DNA of 64,000 nucleotides from an uncultured Planctomycetaceae bacterium (GTDB lineage Bacteria > Planctomycetota > Planctomycetia > Planctomycetales > Planctomycetaceae): assembly GCA_963813715.1 (NCBI GenBank), contig CAWFAK010000016.1, forward strand, positions 64,001 to 128,000, in the 5' to 3' direction. Positions 1 to 10,151 of this stretch are shown here, in pieces. The translations under genes were made by a program, and so were the position numbers. Each line of letters opens with the position of its first letter. The first letter of the stretch is position 1. The notes beneath the pieces were generated by a model. That model saw only the letters and a program-made list of their open reading frames with translations, ran no database searches and was not told the DNA's origin.

Positions 1-310
1 CGTTCCACTCGACCGGGTTGTGGCTGGCCGTGATTTCCACTCCGCCGGCAGCGCCAAAGTGGCGCACGAGGAAGCCGCAAGTGGGCGTGGCGGCGATGTC
101 GACGTCGATCACGCGGCAGCCGACCGATTCCAGTCCGGCGAGCACGGCTCGCTTGAGCATCGGGCCCGTCGCGCGGCCGTCGCGACCGACGACGACCGTG
201 CCGCGGTCGGCGAGAATCCCCAGGGCTTGGGCGAAGTGCACGACGTAATTGGGATCGAGGCCGTCTCCGACGATCCCCCGCAGGCCGGAGATACTCAAAA
301 TTCGCTGCAT
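1..310 (-). CDS. Phosphohexomutase (phosphomannomutase/phosphoglucosamine mutase family), N-terminal part; runs off the window edge
   Basis: Manual translation from ATG 310: MQRILSISGLRGIVG...VVVGRDGR...TPT...ITASHNPVEWN, containing the family phosphoserine motif TASHNP. Not in the ORF track because it lacks a stop codon. Confidence 0.9.
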   Translation of the reverse strand, partial: MQRILSISGLRGIVGDGLDPNYVVHFAQALGILADRGTVVVGRDGRATGPMLKRAVLAGLESVGCRVIDVDIAATPTCGFLVRHFGAAGGVEITASHNPVEWN

Positions 311-361
311 GCCGCTACTCCCGCGTCTTCGCGCTCTGCCGGGGCGATTCTAGGCCAAGCC

Positions 362-1120
362 TCAACGGCTCCGCCATTCGCAGGCCTCCTCGTAGCAGCG
401 GGTCATGGCATCGCGGACCATCTCCAGGAGTGCCTCTTCCGAACCGTGTCCGCTGACTTGCGCCAGCTTTTCAGGCGAGAGGGGCGGTCCGAAGACGAGC
501 CGGCAGGTTTTCGGCTGCACGAACCAGGCTCCGCGGGGGAAGGCTGCGCCCGTTCCGGCCAGAGCGGCGGGGATCACTGGCACCTTCGCCCGGCGCACCA
601 AGGCGATAAAGCCCGGCTTAAGCGGCCCGATGCGTCCGTCCTGACTGCGCGTTCCCTCAGGGAAGACGCCGATCATGTGTCCCTTCCGGAGCTCAGCGGT
701 GGCCTGCCGAATCGAGGCCGTGCTGGCCGCATCGCGATTGAGGGGGATCGTGCACAGCTTGTCGAACACAAACCGGATAATCGGGCCTCGATACAGGGTC
801 GTCCGCGCGAGAAAGCGAACGGGCCGTTTGAGCCAAAGGCCGACCATCACCGGATCGAGAAAGCTCTGGTGATTCGCCACGATCAGGGCGGGTCCCGTTT
901 TGGGGACGTTCTCGATGCCGCGCACGCGGTAACGAAAATAGAGTGGAGCAATCAGAGCGACGCTCGTTTGGAGGAACCAATAAACGCGGTTCCGCGGATC
1001 CGGCTCGTAGGACGGTGATCGGTCGTCTGTCGCGGGTGCGCCGACGGGGGACTGGCGGTTGGCTTCGGCTCCGGCCATCGGCACGCAAAACACACGAAAA
1101 AGAACGGAAGACAGGCCCAT
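362..1120 (-). CDS. plsC: 1-acyl-sn-glycerol-3-phosphate acyltransferase (lysophospholipid acyltransferase)
   Basis: NHQSFLD (HX4D) and FPEGTRS motifs. The start may be ATG 1078. Confidence 0.9.
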   Translation of the reverse strand: MGLSSVLFRVFCVPMAGAEANRQSPVGAPATDDRSPSYEPDPRNRVYWFLQTSVALIAPLYFRYRVRGIENVPKTGPALIVANHQSFLDPVMVGLWLKRPVRFLARTTLYRGPIIRFVFDKLCTIPLNRDAASTASIRQATAELRKGHMIGVFPEGTRSQDGRIGPLKPGFIALVRRAKVPVIPAALAGTGAAFPRGAWFVQPKTCRLVFGPPLSPEKLAQVSGHGSEEALLEMVRDAMTRCYEEACEWRSR

Positions 1121-1176
1121 GCCAAGGGTGCGTCACTCAAGCGGTCGGTACACATGCGCCGAATCCGCCGGACACA

Positions 1177-1686
1177 TTACGCGGACGGCGGATGATGAGT
1201 TTGCGTGTCACCGTCCGCCTCGGCCGCCGTAAAGTCGGGGACCAGCGGCGCCGGCTCCGGCACGGGAGCTTCCGGAGTTGTTTCGGGAGCCGAGCTGGCG
1301 GCCTGCACCGTATCCCCCTCGAAGAACGCGGTCCCATGAAGGGCGGAAGGCATCGCGGCCGGTTCGCCCGGAGCAACCGGCACGTGCTCGGGCGTCAGGT
1401 CAATTTGCCCAATCATCTCGCCGATGGAGATCGTGTCGTCGTGCAGCAGAATCGTTTCGCCCGAACCGACCCGCCGGCCATTCACGAAGGTGCCATTCTT
1501 GCTGCCGAGATCCCGAATGCGAAGCGTGTAGTCGTCCAGGAGCAGCACACAGTGGTGCCGACTGACGAACTCGCTTTCGGGCCGCAGATGGCAATCCTCC
1601 TCGCGGCCGATCAGCAGTTTCCCGCGCCGAATCGGAATCGTTTCACCGGCATGAGGACCGCTGAGTACTCTCAATCTGGCGTCCAT
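1177..1686 (-). CDS. FHA domain protein
   Basis: IGR...SRHH...DLGSKNGTFVNG FHA signature, followed by a Pro/Ala/acidic tail. Confidence 0.92.
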   Translation of the reverse strand: MDARLRVLSGPHAGETIPIRRGKLLIGREEDCHLRPESEFVSRHHCVLLLDDYTLRIRDLGSKNGTFVNGRRVGSGETILLHDDTISIGEMIGQIDLTPEHVPVAPGEPAAMPSALHGTAFFEGDTVQAASSAPETTPEAPVPEPAPLVPDFTAAEADGDTQTHHPPSA

Positions 1687-2106
1687 GAAGCAGCACCCTT
1701 TGGCAAGAACGACACCAGAACCGGGCTCATCGGGTAAATTCGGTCGAAGCAGCGAGGATGTGATGGCCCCTCACGCTGCAAACCGGTCAGGCAGGCGATG
1801 AGCGAACTTCGGTAGCTTACACGTGGATGCAGATCGACCACAATCATCTATTCAGAAAAATTTGGGGAAAATTGATCGACTGCCACAGTTGTTCCCTTTT
1901 CAGGCTGGTGCCCGCATGCGTATGGCGGCGACCTCGGTCCACTGCGATTGCGGTGCCGGCAATGGTGAGACGCCGATGGCGGAATTGCCGTCGCGCCTTA
2001 TGCGGGTTTCTGCTAACGGCGGCACGACTCCCACGCCGCCAGTCCGGCCAATATCTATCCGCTTCCTCACAGGCATAGCGGTTCGCGACAAATCGCGGCC
2101 GAGAAA

Positions 2107-2526
2107 CTATTCGAGCGAGCCGAACAGCTTATTTCGAAGCGCGGCGTAGCGATGGGCTTCGGGGCTGGGGGATGACGACGCCTGTTCCAGGGTCCACGGG
2201 TCGACAAACATCACGCCGGGCTGCGGCATCTCGTAGGTGCTCGACAACTGCAGCAGCAGAGCCCGCTCGAGCCGATTCAGATCGTGGGCGTCACACAGCT
2301 CGGAGAAGACATCTTTCGCCGAGCCACCTGAGCTCTCGCCTCGAGCCTTCCGGAGCGTGTTCCAAAGATAGACGACGGCGATCGTCAGCGCCACGACCGC
2401 GACGCCGCACACGATGAGCACCCATTGCGAGCGTTCGCGGATGGCGGACGCCAAGAGGAGCGATCGAGCAATCGGTGCCTGGCCAACCAGCGCGCTCACG
2501 CGGGACCTTTCGTCATCTCGTGCCAA
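2107..2526 (-). CDS. Hypothetical membrane-anchored protein
   Basis: One hydrophobic helix (WVLIVCGVAVVALTIAVVYLW) followed by a globular-looking C-terminus. Directly downstream of the HEAT-repeat gene. Confidence 0.7.
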   Translation of the reverse strand: MARDDERSRVSALVGQAPIARSLLLASAIRERSQWVLIVCGVAVVALTIAVVYLWNTLRKARGESSGGSAKDVFSELCDAHDLNRLERALLLQLSSTYEMPQPGVMFVDPWTLEQASSSPSPEAHRYAALRNKLFGSLE

Positions 2527-4145
2527 GAAACGCCGGCGCAGGGCGCCGGCTCCAGTCCGTGCTTGTGGATCGCTTCGAGCGACTGCTCGGCGGCTTCCCG
2601 CACGCGCGGGCTCTGGTCGTTCAACAGGGCGCTCAGTCCCGCCACGACTTCGGCGTTCGGCAAGTCGGCCAGCACTTCGGCCGCGGTTCGCCGCACCTGG
2701 GTGTCGGCATCCGACAGCATCATCAGCAAGGACGATTGCACTTCATGCGCCAGGCCCAATTGTCGAGCCGCGCGGGCCGCCCGAATCCGCCGGCGACGAA
2801 TCGGATTATTCAGCTCGGCCACCAGCTTCTGATGACAATCGGGATCGATCTTCTGCACCAGTCTGCCCGCCTGCGGCAGACCTTCGGGTCGAGATGGTCG
2901 AAAATGCTCAAAAGCAAATCCAGGTTGAAGCTGTTGAGTTCGCCCCGCGCCGCTTCGCGTACCGCAGCCAGCGGGCTGTCGAGCCGCTCGATCAAGAGCT
3001 TCAGCGCTTCGGGAACTCCCTGGGCCCGCAGCTGGCTGGTGGCCCACGCCTGGACGTCTTCTTCTTCGGAATCGAGGCTGTCGAACAGGATGCCGCGCAC
3101 GCAGGCCGGCTCGGCCGATTCGAGCACGGCGCCGGCCGCCAACCGTCCCTGCACGCTGCCGTGCAGCAGGATCCATTTGTGGATCGCGATTTTTTCGTCG
3201 TGGGCCAGGCCGGTCGCCTGGACGAATGCCACGAGTTGTTCGTGCAGGCTGGGCGGAACGGCCGTCAGGGGCAACAGCCGGCGCGTAATCCAATCGACGC
3301 GGACGAGCTGCTTGAAATTTTTCTGCTGGTTCTCGTTGAGCCGCTTGGGAAACTCGCGGAGCACAAAGGAGATGAACTCCGCATCCGAACGCTGCTCAAA
3401 GGCTTCAATTGCCTTGGCAATCGGATAGTTGTGCTTCATGAACTCCATCAACAGCCGCATCACGCCCGGGTGCGTGCTCGACATCAGCAGGTAACCGGCC
3501 AGGTCCCGGCAGGACTGCACGTTTTGCAACAGCGCTTTGCGGACGGCAAACGTGTCCGGATCGCCCAGCACCAGGATCGATTCCAGCACTTCGGCCTTGC
3601 ACGAGAGCGACTCGAACTGGTTGCAGGCCCCGTCGAGCGCCGAAAGCACGGTCTGCCGCACCTGCGGCAAGCTGCGTTGGAAGCGATCGCCGCCGACACG
3701 CCGTCCGCCCCCCAAATGCAGGTGCTCGTACAGCCGGTTGACCAGGCTTTGCAGCGTCTGACTCGCCTCGGCATGGTCCGGGTCGTCCGGCTTGAGCAGG
3801 ATTTGAGCGAGCGTGGCCGCCTGGTCGTAGCACTCGGCCGCGATCACGACCTCCATGGCATGAACCCGGAGCTCGGCGTCCCCGTGCAGCAGGCACTGGC
3901 GCAGGGTGCCCGAAAGACGGAGCCCCTGGTCGTGGAGCAGGCGTCGCCCGGTTGCGGTCGAGCGCCGGCAACCGCCGAATGACCTCGGTCTGGCAGCGGG
4001 TGGTCCCCCGTCTGAGCAGGCCGACGACGGCCCGCTCGTGGATGGCCGCATACTTCGAGTCGAGTGCCCCGATCAAGAGCTCGACGGCTGCGGTCGCCTT
4101 GCTCTCGGTCAGCAGCTCAAAGGTTTTGACTAGGGGATCGGCCAT
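2496..4145 (-). CDS. HEAT-repeat protein, split over three frames (probable sequencing indels)
   Basis: HEAT-like helices (DADTQVRRTAAEVL, DQSPRVREAAEQSL, DSPLAAVREAARGEL) are spread over ORFs 3405..4145, 2810..4051 and 2496..3293. Confidence 0.8.
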
Positions 4146-4517
4146 CGAGATGTCTGCCCATCTCTAATAAAGGGGGCCGAACGGCCGAAAACGAGGGCTC
4201 GGCCGAAGCGCCCGATCGCGCCTCTCGGTATCGATCTTTCCGCGGACCGCCTTCACACAGAAGCCCCCCGGGATGCTTGAAGACTCCGAATGACAAACGA
4301 TTTGCGGCGCGCGTCGACCCTGCCGCCACGGCACGAAAGAACTCCTCATTTAGGAACGCGCTCAGGTACGTGAACAATCGATCACTATTTGAGGTTAAGG
4401 CCGCTTGACCGGTCGTTTGGCCGCCGTTAACGTATCAACGAACGCTCATGGTTGAACCGCGCTTGCGACGGACTGCAAGCCGCGACGGAACTCTCCCGAA
4501 ACGGATTTCGCTGCATC

Positions 4518-7196
4518 ATGGCCCGTCGCCCTGCCCCAACCGGCAGTTTCTGCCGGTTTTTCACCCCGCATCGCCGAGCGGCGATCGCGCCCCTCGTGCT
4601 TTCCCTCATTGCCGGGATGGCGACTTCCTTGCCGGCTGATTCCGGCGGGACGCTTCATGAGCGAGTCGACGCCCTGCTAACGGAGGTCGAGGCGGGCGCC
4701 CCGTCTCCCCTTTGCAGCGACGCGGAGTTCCTCCGCCGGCTGTCGATCGATCTGCTCGGCTCTCTGCCGTCAGCCGATGAAACCCGCCGCCTTCTGGCGG
4801 ATCCGTCGCCCCACAAACGGAGCTACCTGGTGGGGCGGCTGCTCGAGCACCCGCGGTACGCGGTTCACATGGCCCGCACCTTCGACGTGATGCTCCTGGA
4901 GCGGCGTAATACCGAGGGAATCAAACAAGAGGACTGGGAGCGGTACCTCTTCGACTCGTTCCTGGCCAACAAACCCTACGATCAGCTGGCCCGGGAGATC
5001 CTCACGGCCGATGGGGCCGATCCGAAGACCCGGCCAGCGGTCAAGTTCTACCTGGAGCGGACCGGCGACCCAAATCTGCTCACCCGTGATGTCGGTCGCA
5101 TCTTCTTCGCCCGTGACCTGCAATGCTGCCAGTGCCACGATCACCCGCTGATCGAGCACTATCGCCAGGCTGACTATTACGGTCTGTTCGCCTTCCTGCA
5201 GCCTGGTTATCTCACGCTCGATCCGACCAATCCCGCGAACAAGAACAAGCCGGTCTATTTCGGCGAAAAGGCCGAAGGGGCAGCTCCCGCCACGTTTCAG
5301 TCAGTCTTCGACCCCAAGAAAGCCAAGCACGGGACTCGTCCCAAACTGCCGGGCGAGACCGAGATTGACGAGCCCTATTACCCGGTCGGCACCGAATACA
5401 AGCCGGCGACGGCGGACGCCGCCTATCCCCTGCCCAAATACAGCCGGCGTGCGCGGCTGGCCGACGAGATTCTGGAAAAGGGCAACCCGGCCTTCCGCCG
5501 GAACATCGTCAATCGGCTGTGGGCCCACATGCTGGGTCAGGGGCTGTTCGAGCCGGTCGATCTCGACCATCCGGACAATCCGCCCGCCTGCCCCGCGTTG
5601 CTCAACTTGCTGGCCGACGAATTTCGCTCGATGGGATACGACGTCAAAGTCTTCCTGCGGGAGATCGCGCTGACCTCCGCCTATCAGCGTTCGGTCGAGC
5701 TTCCGCCCGATCCGGCGCGAGGGACCGAATCGCCGGCCGTCCTGCGCAAGCGATACGAATCCGAGCAGGGGCGACTGGCGGCGTCCGTCAAGAGTCTAGA
5801 AACGCAGATCAAATCGGCCGAGGCGACGTTGGCCCCTTTGCGCAAAGCGGCCGACGCCGTGGGGGAAGAGCTGACCACCGCCGAGACCAAGGCGCAAGAA
5901 ACGAAGAAGGCGTTCGACACCGCCTCCGAAGCGCTCGATAAGACGCGCGCCGATGCCGACGCCCGTCAGTTCGCGGCCCAGGCACTGGCGGACGCCGCGG
6001 CGAAGACTCGAGTCGCACTCAAGGCGCTGCCGGGTGAAACCGCCCTGAGCGACGCGGCCGCAAAATTCGCGGCGCGCTCTGCCGCTCTGGCTGCGGAAGC
6101 GACGAAGCTACGAGCGACGGAGAAGACGCAAGCCGTCGCATCCAAGGCCGCTCAGCGTCGCCTGGAAGGCGATCAACAGAAGCTTGCGGCGATGGCGGCC
6201 CGATTGTCAGCCGCTCAGGATCGTTATGCGCCGGTCGCCCGCCAGCTGACCGAGTCGATCGCGCGGCGCCAGACGGTCCTCACTCGGATCAATTCACTCA
6301 AGCAGGCGGCTACGGCGGCCAAGGCGGTCGAAAGTTACGCCGCGCGGCAAGCGGAAGCGGCAACGGCGGTCCACGTCGCCGAGGAGGCGCGATCGCGACG
6401 GCACCTGATGCGGCAGCTCGTCGACGTCCGCGTCTCGCTCGTCTCAGCCCGCGCGAACGAAGCCACACTCGCCCGGCAGTTCTTACAGGACGATGCGGCC
6501 CACGGCAGCGCGATAACCACTGGTTACACCGACCAAAGATCGAACACCGACCTGGAGACCGCCAAGCAGGCTCTCGCGCAGGCCGATCGCGACTTGGCAG
6601 CCGCGGAGGGCCGGGCGCGGTCGTGCGCGGCCGCTGCCGATTCGGACTTAGCCGTCGTCTCCAAACACTGGTCGACTCGTTTCTCCGCGGCCGGACTCAA
6701 ACCGCTGTCGCCTGAACAACTGGCCTGGAACGTTTTGCAGGTGCTGGGCGTCACCGATCAGCAGCGCGCGGCGGCCGAGGCCGAGCTGCGCAAGAAGAAC
6801 TTGCCGATCACGCCTGCCCTGCTCGAATGGGAAACCGATCAAAAACTCAAAGGGCCGATCGCGCGATTTGTCGGCCTGTTCGGAGCGTCGGCCGGTCAGC
6901 CGCAGCGAGGCTTCTTCGCCACCGTCGATCAGGCCTTGTTCTTCGCCAACGGAGGCGAGTTGCGCAGTTGGCTGGCTCCCGCGTCGGGAAATTTGAGCGA
7001 CCGGCTGCTGAAGTTGCACGAACCGCGCGAGTTGGCTGACCAACTGTACCTCAACGTCGTCGCCCGGCGGCCGTTGCCGGAAGAGTCGGCGGAGATCGAA
7101 CGTTATCTTGCCGAGCGTCCCAAGGACCGGGCCGCGGCGGTGCAGGAAATTGTGTGGGCGCTGCTGGCGTCGAGCGAATTTCGATTTAACCACTAA
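4518..7196 (+). CDS. DUF1549/DUF1553 (PSCyt2/PSD1-like) Planctomycete protein with a long coiled-coil insertion
   Basis: DAEFLRRLSIDLLG, NKPYDQLAREIL, CCQCHDHP, NIVNRLWAHMLGQGL and C-terminal WALLASSEFRFNH. The start may be 4452. Confidence 0.9.
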   Translation: MARRPAPTGSFCRFFTPHRRAAIAPLVLSLIAGMATSLPADSGGTLHERVDALLTEVEAGAPSPLCSDAEFLRRLSIDLLGSLPSADETRRLLADPSPHKRSYLVGRLLEHPRYAVHMARTFDVMLLERRNTEGIKQEDWERYLFDSFLANKPYDQLAREILTADGADPKTRPAVKFYLERTGDPNLLTRDVGRIFFARDLQCCQCHDHPLIEHYRQADYYGLFAFLQPGYLTLDPTNPANKNKPVYFGEKAEGAAPATFQSVFDPKKAKHGTRPKLPGETEIDEPYYPVGTEYKPATADAAYPLPKYSRRARLADEILEKGNPAFRRNIVNRLWAHMLGQGLFEPVDLDHPDNPPACPALLNLLADEFRSMGYDVKVFLREIALTSAYQRSVELPPDPARGTESPAVLRKRYESEQGRLAASVKSLETQIKSAEATLAPLRKAADAVGEELTTAETKAQETKKAFDTASEALDKTRADADARQFAAQALADAAAKTRVALKALPGETALSDAAAKFAARSAALAAEATKLRATEKTQAVASKAAQRRLEGDQQKLAAMAARLSAAQDRYAPVARQLTESIARRQTVLTRINSLKQAATAAKAVESYAARQAEAATAVHVAEEARSRRHLMRQLVDVRVSLVSARANEATLARQFLQDDAAHGSAITTGYTDQRSNTDLETAKQALAQADRDLAAAEGRARSCAAAADSDLAVVSKHWSTRFSAAGLKPLSPEQLAWNVLQVLGVTDQQRAAAEAELRKKNLPITPALLEWETDQKLKGPIARFVGLFGASAGQPQRGFFATVDQALFFANGGELRSWLAPASGNLSDRLLKLHEPRELADQLYLNVVARRPLPEESAEIERYLAERPKDRAAAVQEIVWALLASSEFRFNH

Positions 7197-7214
7197 GACG
7201 CCGATCTGCCGGAC

Positions 7215-8522
7215 ATGGAGAAAGTCATGTTGTGCGATTACGCGTGCCGCTCGGTCGACCATCGGATGGCCCGCCGAGACTTTTTGGGCGGTCTGGCGGG
7301 CGGAATGGCCGCCGGGCTAGGAGCCGCGGGCGGGCTGGGCATCCTGACGCGTCCGGCCGCCGCCGCGCAGTTGAGCAAAGAACAAAAGAGCGTCATCTGC
7401 GTCTACCTCAACGGCGGCGCGAGCCAGCTGGAGACGTGGGATCCGAAGCCCAAGACCGACACCGGTGGCCCGTTCCGCGCCATTCCCACGTCCGTGCCGG
7501 GAATGCACATCTCCGAGCTCTTGCCGCAGACCGCGCGGGTGATGCATCACCTCGCGCTCATCCGCAGCATCAATACCAACGAGTTCGATCACGGCCTGGG
7601 GCTGTACTGCATGCTGCACGGCCGCCGGCAGACGCCCGCCTCCGAATATCCCGAACTGGGCGCCGTCGCCGCCCGGGCACTCGCGCCGGAGGACAGCGGA
7701 CTGCCAGGACACGTGAAGATCTACCCCGGCGGCACGGGCGGCCGCAGCGCCGATTCGGCCTATCTCGGTCCCAAGTACTCGAGCGTCGCACTGGGAGGCG
7801 GGCCGCCGGACAATTCGCGTCGGCCGGACGGGCTGAGTGACGCCGCCGATCTGCAGCGGCAGCGGCTCCGCCGATCGATCGACGCCCGTTTTGCCCAGCG
7901 CCGCCGCACGGCAATGACCGACGCCTACACGCAGAATTACGAGCAGGCCCTCGACCTGATGAAGCGCCGCGACGTGTTCGACGTCACCAAGGAGCCGGCC
8001 GCGCAACTCGAGCGCTACGGCAAACATGACTTTGGTCGTCACTGCCTGCTCGCCCGCCGACTGGTCGAGCATGGCGTGACCTACGTGCAAGTCTTTCACA
8101 CCAACTACGACACCCACAACGAGAACTTCAACTTCCACATGCAGCAGCTCGGCGAGTTCGACGGCCCGTTCGCCACGCTGGTCACCGACCTGGTCGAGCG
8201 GGGAATGTGGCGTAACACGCTCGTCGTTGTGCTGTCGGAGTTCGGCCGCACGCCGACCATCAACCAGTTTTACGGGCGCGACCACTGGGCGACCGCCTGG
8301 TCCATTTGCCTGGGCGGCGCGAAAGTCCATCCGGGCGCCGTTTACGGCAAGACAAACGCCAACGGCACCGCCGTCGCCGACAAGCAGGTTGATCACGCCA
8401 ACCTGTTCCACACGTATCTGGCGGCGGTCGGCCTCGATACGACGACTTCCTTCGACGTCGCCGGCCGCGAGTTGCCGATGGCGGACCCCGCCTCGAAGCC
8501 GATCGAGGAATTGGTGGCGTAA
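7215..8522 (+). CDS. DUF1501 domain protein, Tat-exported
   Basis: RRDFLGG twin-arginine leader; GGASQLETWDPKP, CLLARRLVEHGV, YDTH, SEFGRTP and GRDHW motifs. Confidence 0.93.
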   Translation: MEKVMLCDYACRSVDHRMARRDFLGGLAGGMAAGLGAAGGLGILTRPAAAAQLSKEQKSVICVYLNGGASQLETWDPKPKTDTGGPFRAIPTSVPGMHISELLPQTARVMHHLALIRSINTNEFDHGLGLYCMLHGRRQTPASEYPELGAVAARALAPEDSGLPGHVKIYPGGTGGRSADSAYLGPKYSSVALGGGPPDNSRRPDGLSDAADLQRQRLRRSIDARFAQRRRTAMTDAYTQNYEQALDLMKRRDVFDVTKEPAAQLERYGKHDFGRHCLLARRLVEHGVTYVQVFHTNYDTHNENFNFHMQQLGEFDGPFATLVTDLVERGMWRNTLVVVLSEFGRTPTINQFYGRDHWATAWSICLGGAKVHPGAVYGKTNANGTAVADKQVDHANLFHTYLAAVGLDTTTSFDVAGRELPMADPASKPIEELVA

Positions 8523-8561
8523 GTCGGCAGCGGAATCAAAACCCTCGAACTGGCAGCGAAC

Positions 8562-9554
8562 ATGAAAGCCAATCCTCAGCAGATGCGGGTGACGCAGCAG
8601 TGGGCCTGTGCGGCGCCGCTGATTGCCTGCCGGTTCGACCCGTCCGGCGAGTTCGTCTTCGCCAGCACCGAGGATTACACGGTGCAGCGATGGCGGATGG
8701 CGGATGGCCACAAACTTTCGTATCCGGTCGCTCACGAGAGTTGGGTCGGGGCGCTCGCCTTCGTCGACAAAGGCAAAACGCTCGTGACCGGCGGATACGA
8801 CGGCCGCATCCTCTGGTGGCCGGTTGCCGGCGACAAGCCGCAGCCGCTGCGCGCAATCGACGCTCATGCCGGCTGGGTGAGGACGCTGGCCGTCAGCCCG
8901 GACGGCAAGTGGATCGCCTCGGGCGGCAACGATCACCGCGTAAAAGTGTGGAACGCGGCCGACGGCAAGCTCGTGCACGAGTTGGTCGGGCACGCCAGTC
9001 ACGTCTACTGTGTCTTCTTTCATCCCAGCGGCGCACTCCTCTCGGGCGACCTGCAGGCCGAGCTACGGCAGTGGGACGTGGCGAGCGGAAAAACCGTCCG
9101 CACCTTCGACGCCAAGGCGCTGCACGCGTACGAACCGGGAGAGCGCGTCGATTATGGGGGCGTGCGGACCCTGGCACTCACGAGCGACGGGCAACATCTG
9201 GTGGCCGGCGGCCTTTTCAATGGGTCGAACCCGCTGGGGGCCGTCAACGAAGCGCTCGTGCTCCGCTTTGCCTGGCGCGATCAGAAGAAGGTCCGCCAGC
9301 ACCTCGTTCCGGGCATCCAATCGCTCGTGTGGCGCGTGATTGCGCATCCGGAAGGATTTCTCATCGGCGGCTGTGCCGGCACCAGCGGTGGCTTTATCGC
9401 CTGCTGGAAGGAGGATGCCGAGAAGGATTTCTTCCGCTTTCAGCTGCCGACCGTCGTCCGCGATCTCGACCTGCATCCGGACGGCCTGCGCCTGGCCGCG
9501 GCCCAGTACGACAAGCAGCTGCGGATCGTGACGATGGCGCCCAAGCCGGCTTAA
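8562..9554 (+). CDS. WD40 repeat (beta-propeller) protein
   Basis: Repeated AH/GH...W units (AHESWV...GGYDGRILWW; AHAGWV...GGNDHRVKVW). Confidence 0.92.
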   Translation: MKANPQQMRVTQQWACAAPLIACRFDPSGEFVFASTEDYTVQRWRMADGHKLSYPVAHESWVGALAFVDKGKTLVTGGYDGRILWWPVAGDKPQPLRAIDAHAGWVRTLAVSPDGKWIASGGNDHRVKVWNAADGKLVHELVGHASHVYCVFFHPSGALLSGDLQAELRQWDVASGKTVRTFDAKALHAYEPGERVDYGGVRTLALTSDGQHLVAGGLFNGSNPLGAVNEALVLRFAWRDQKKVRQHLVPGIQSLVWRVIAHPEGFLIGGCAGTSGGFIACWKEDAEKDFFRFQLPTVVRDLDLHPDGLRLAAAQYDKQLRIVTMAPKPA

Positions 9555-9560
9555 GGCGCG

Positions 9561-10106
9561 TTAAGCCGCCTTTTTCAGCAGCGAGCTGACGACGTCGGGG
9601 GCGCGGCCGATGATCTGTGCGATCTCGGCAACGCTGTAGCCGGCCTCGTTCAGGTGGCCCACCATCTCGACCTGGGCAGGCGGAACGCTTTTTTCCGGCG
9701 AGGTCGGCGCTGCGGTGGCGATCCTTGATCGCGGCTCCGAGTAGTGGGTGACGTCGGGTTGCCGCGTCGAGCCGCCGTCGGAGAGCTGCAGCTGGTTCAG
9801 GATTGTCGAGAGCCGCACGATCTCGCGATCGCCGGCCACCACCAGGCTGTCCAACTGCAGGGCGCGGGTTTCCATGCGGGCTTCGACTTCGCGGGCAAAG
9901 TCGTGCAGCCGGACCTCGAGATGGGCGATGCGCCCCTCGGCCCGGGCTTGGGCTCGTTCGTTCTCTTCGGTTTCGGCGCGGGAGGTCAACTTGCCCGCGG
10001 CGCCGCCGCCGAACGTGCGCCACAACACCCCGCCGCCGCAGGCGAGGATCGTGCCCAGGAGGACCCACTCCAACACACTGATGTTCGTGGCCAGCAGCAT
10101 TGGCAA
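9561..10106 (-). CDS. Hypothetical membrane-anchored protein with coiled coil and C-terminal HTH-like segment
   Basis: N-terminal transmembrane helix, helical middle, and C-terminal GYSVAEIAQIIGRAPDVVSSLL. Confidence 0.7.
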   Translation of the reverse strand: MPMLLATNISVLEWVLLGTILACGGGVLWRTFGGGAAGKLTSRAETEENERAQARAEGRIAHLEVRLHDFAREVEARMETRALQLDSLVVAGDREIVRLSTILNQLQLSDGGSTRQPDVTHYSEPRSRIATAAPTSPEKSVPPAQVEMVGHLNEAGYSVAEIAQIIGRAPDVVSSLLKKAA

Positions 10107-10151
10107 TTCCTTTCGCCCGTGCCTGGCGAGGCGGCGCTCGTCGGCGACCGA

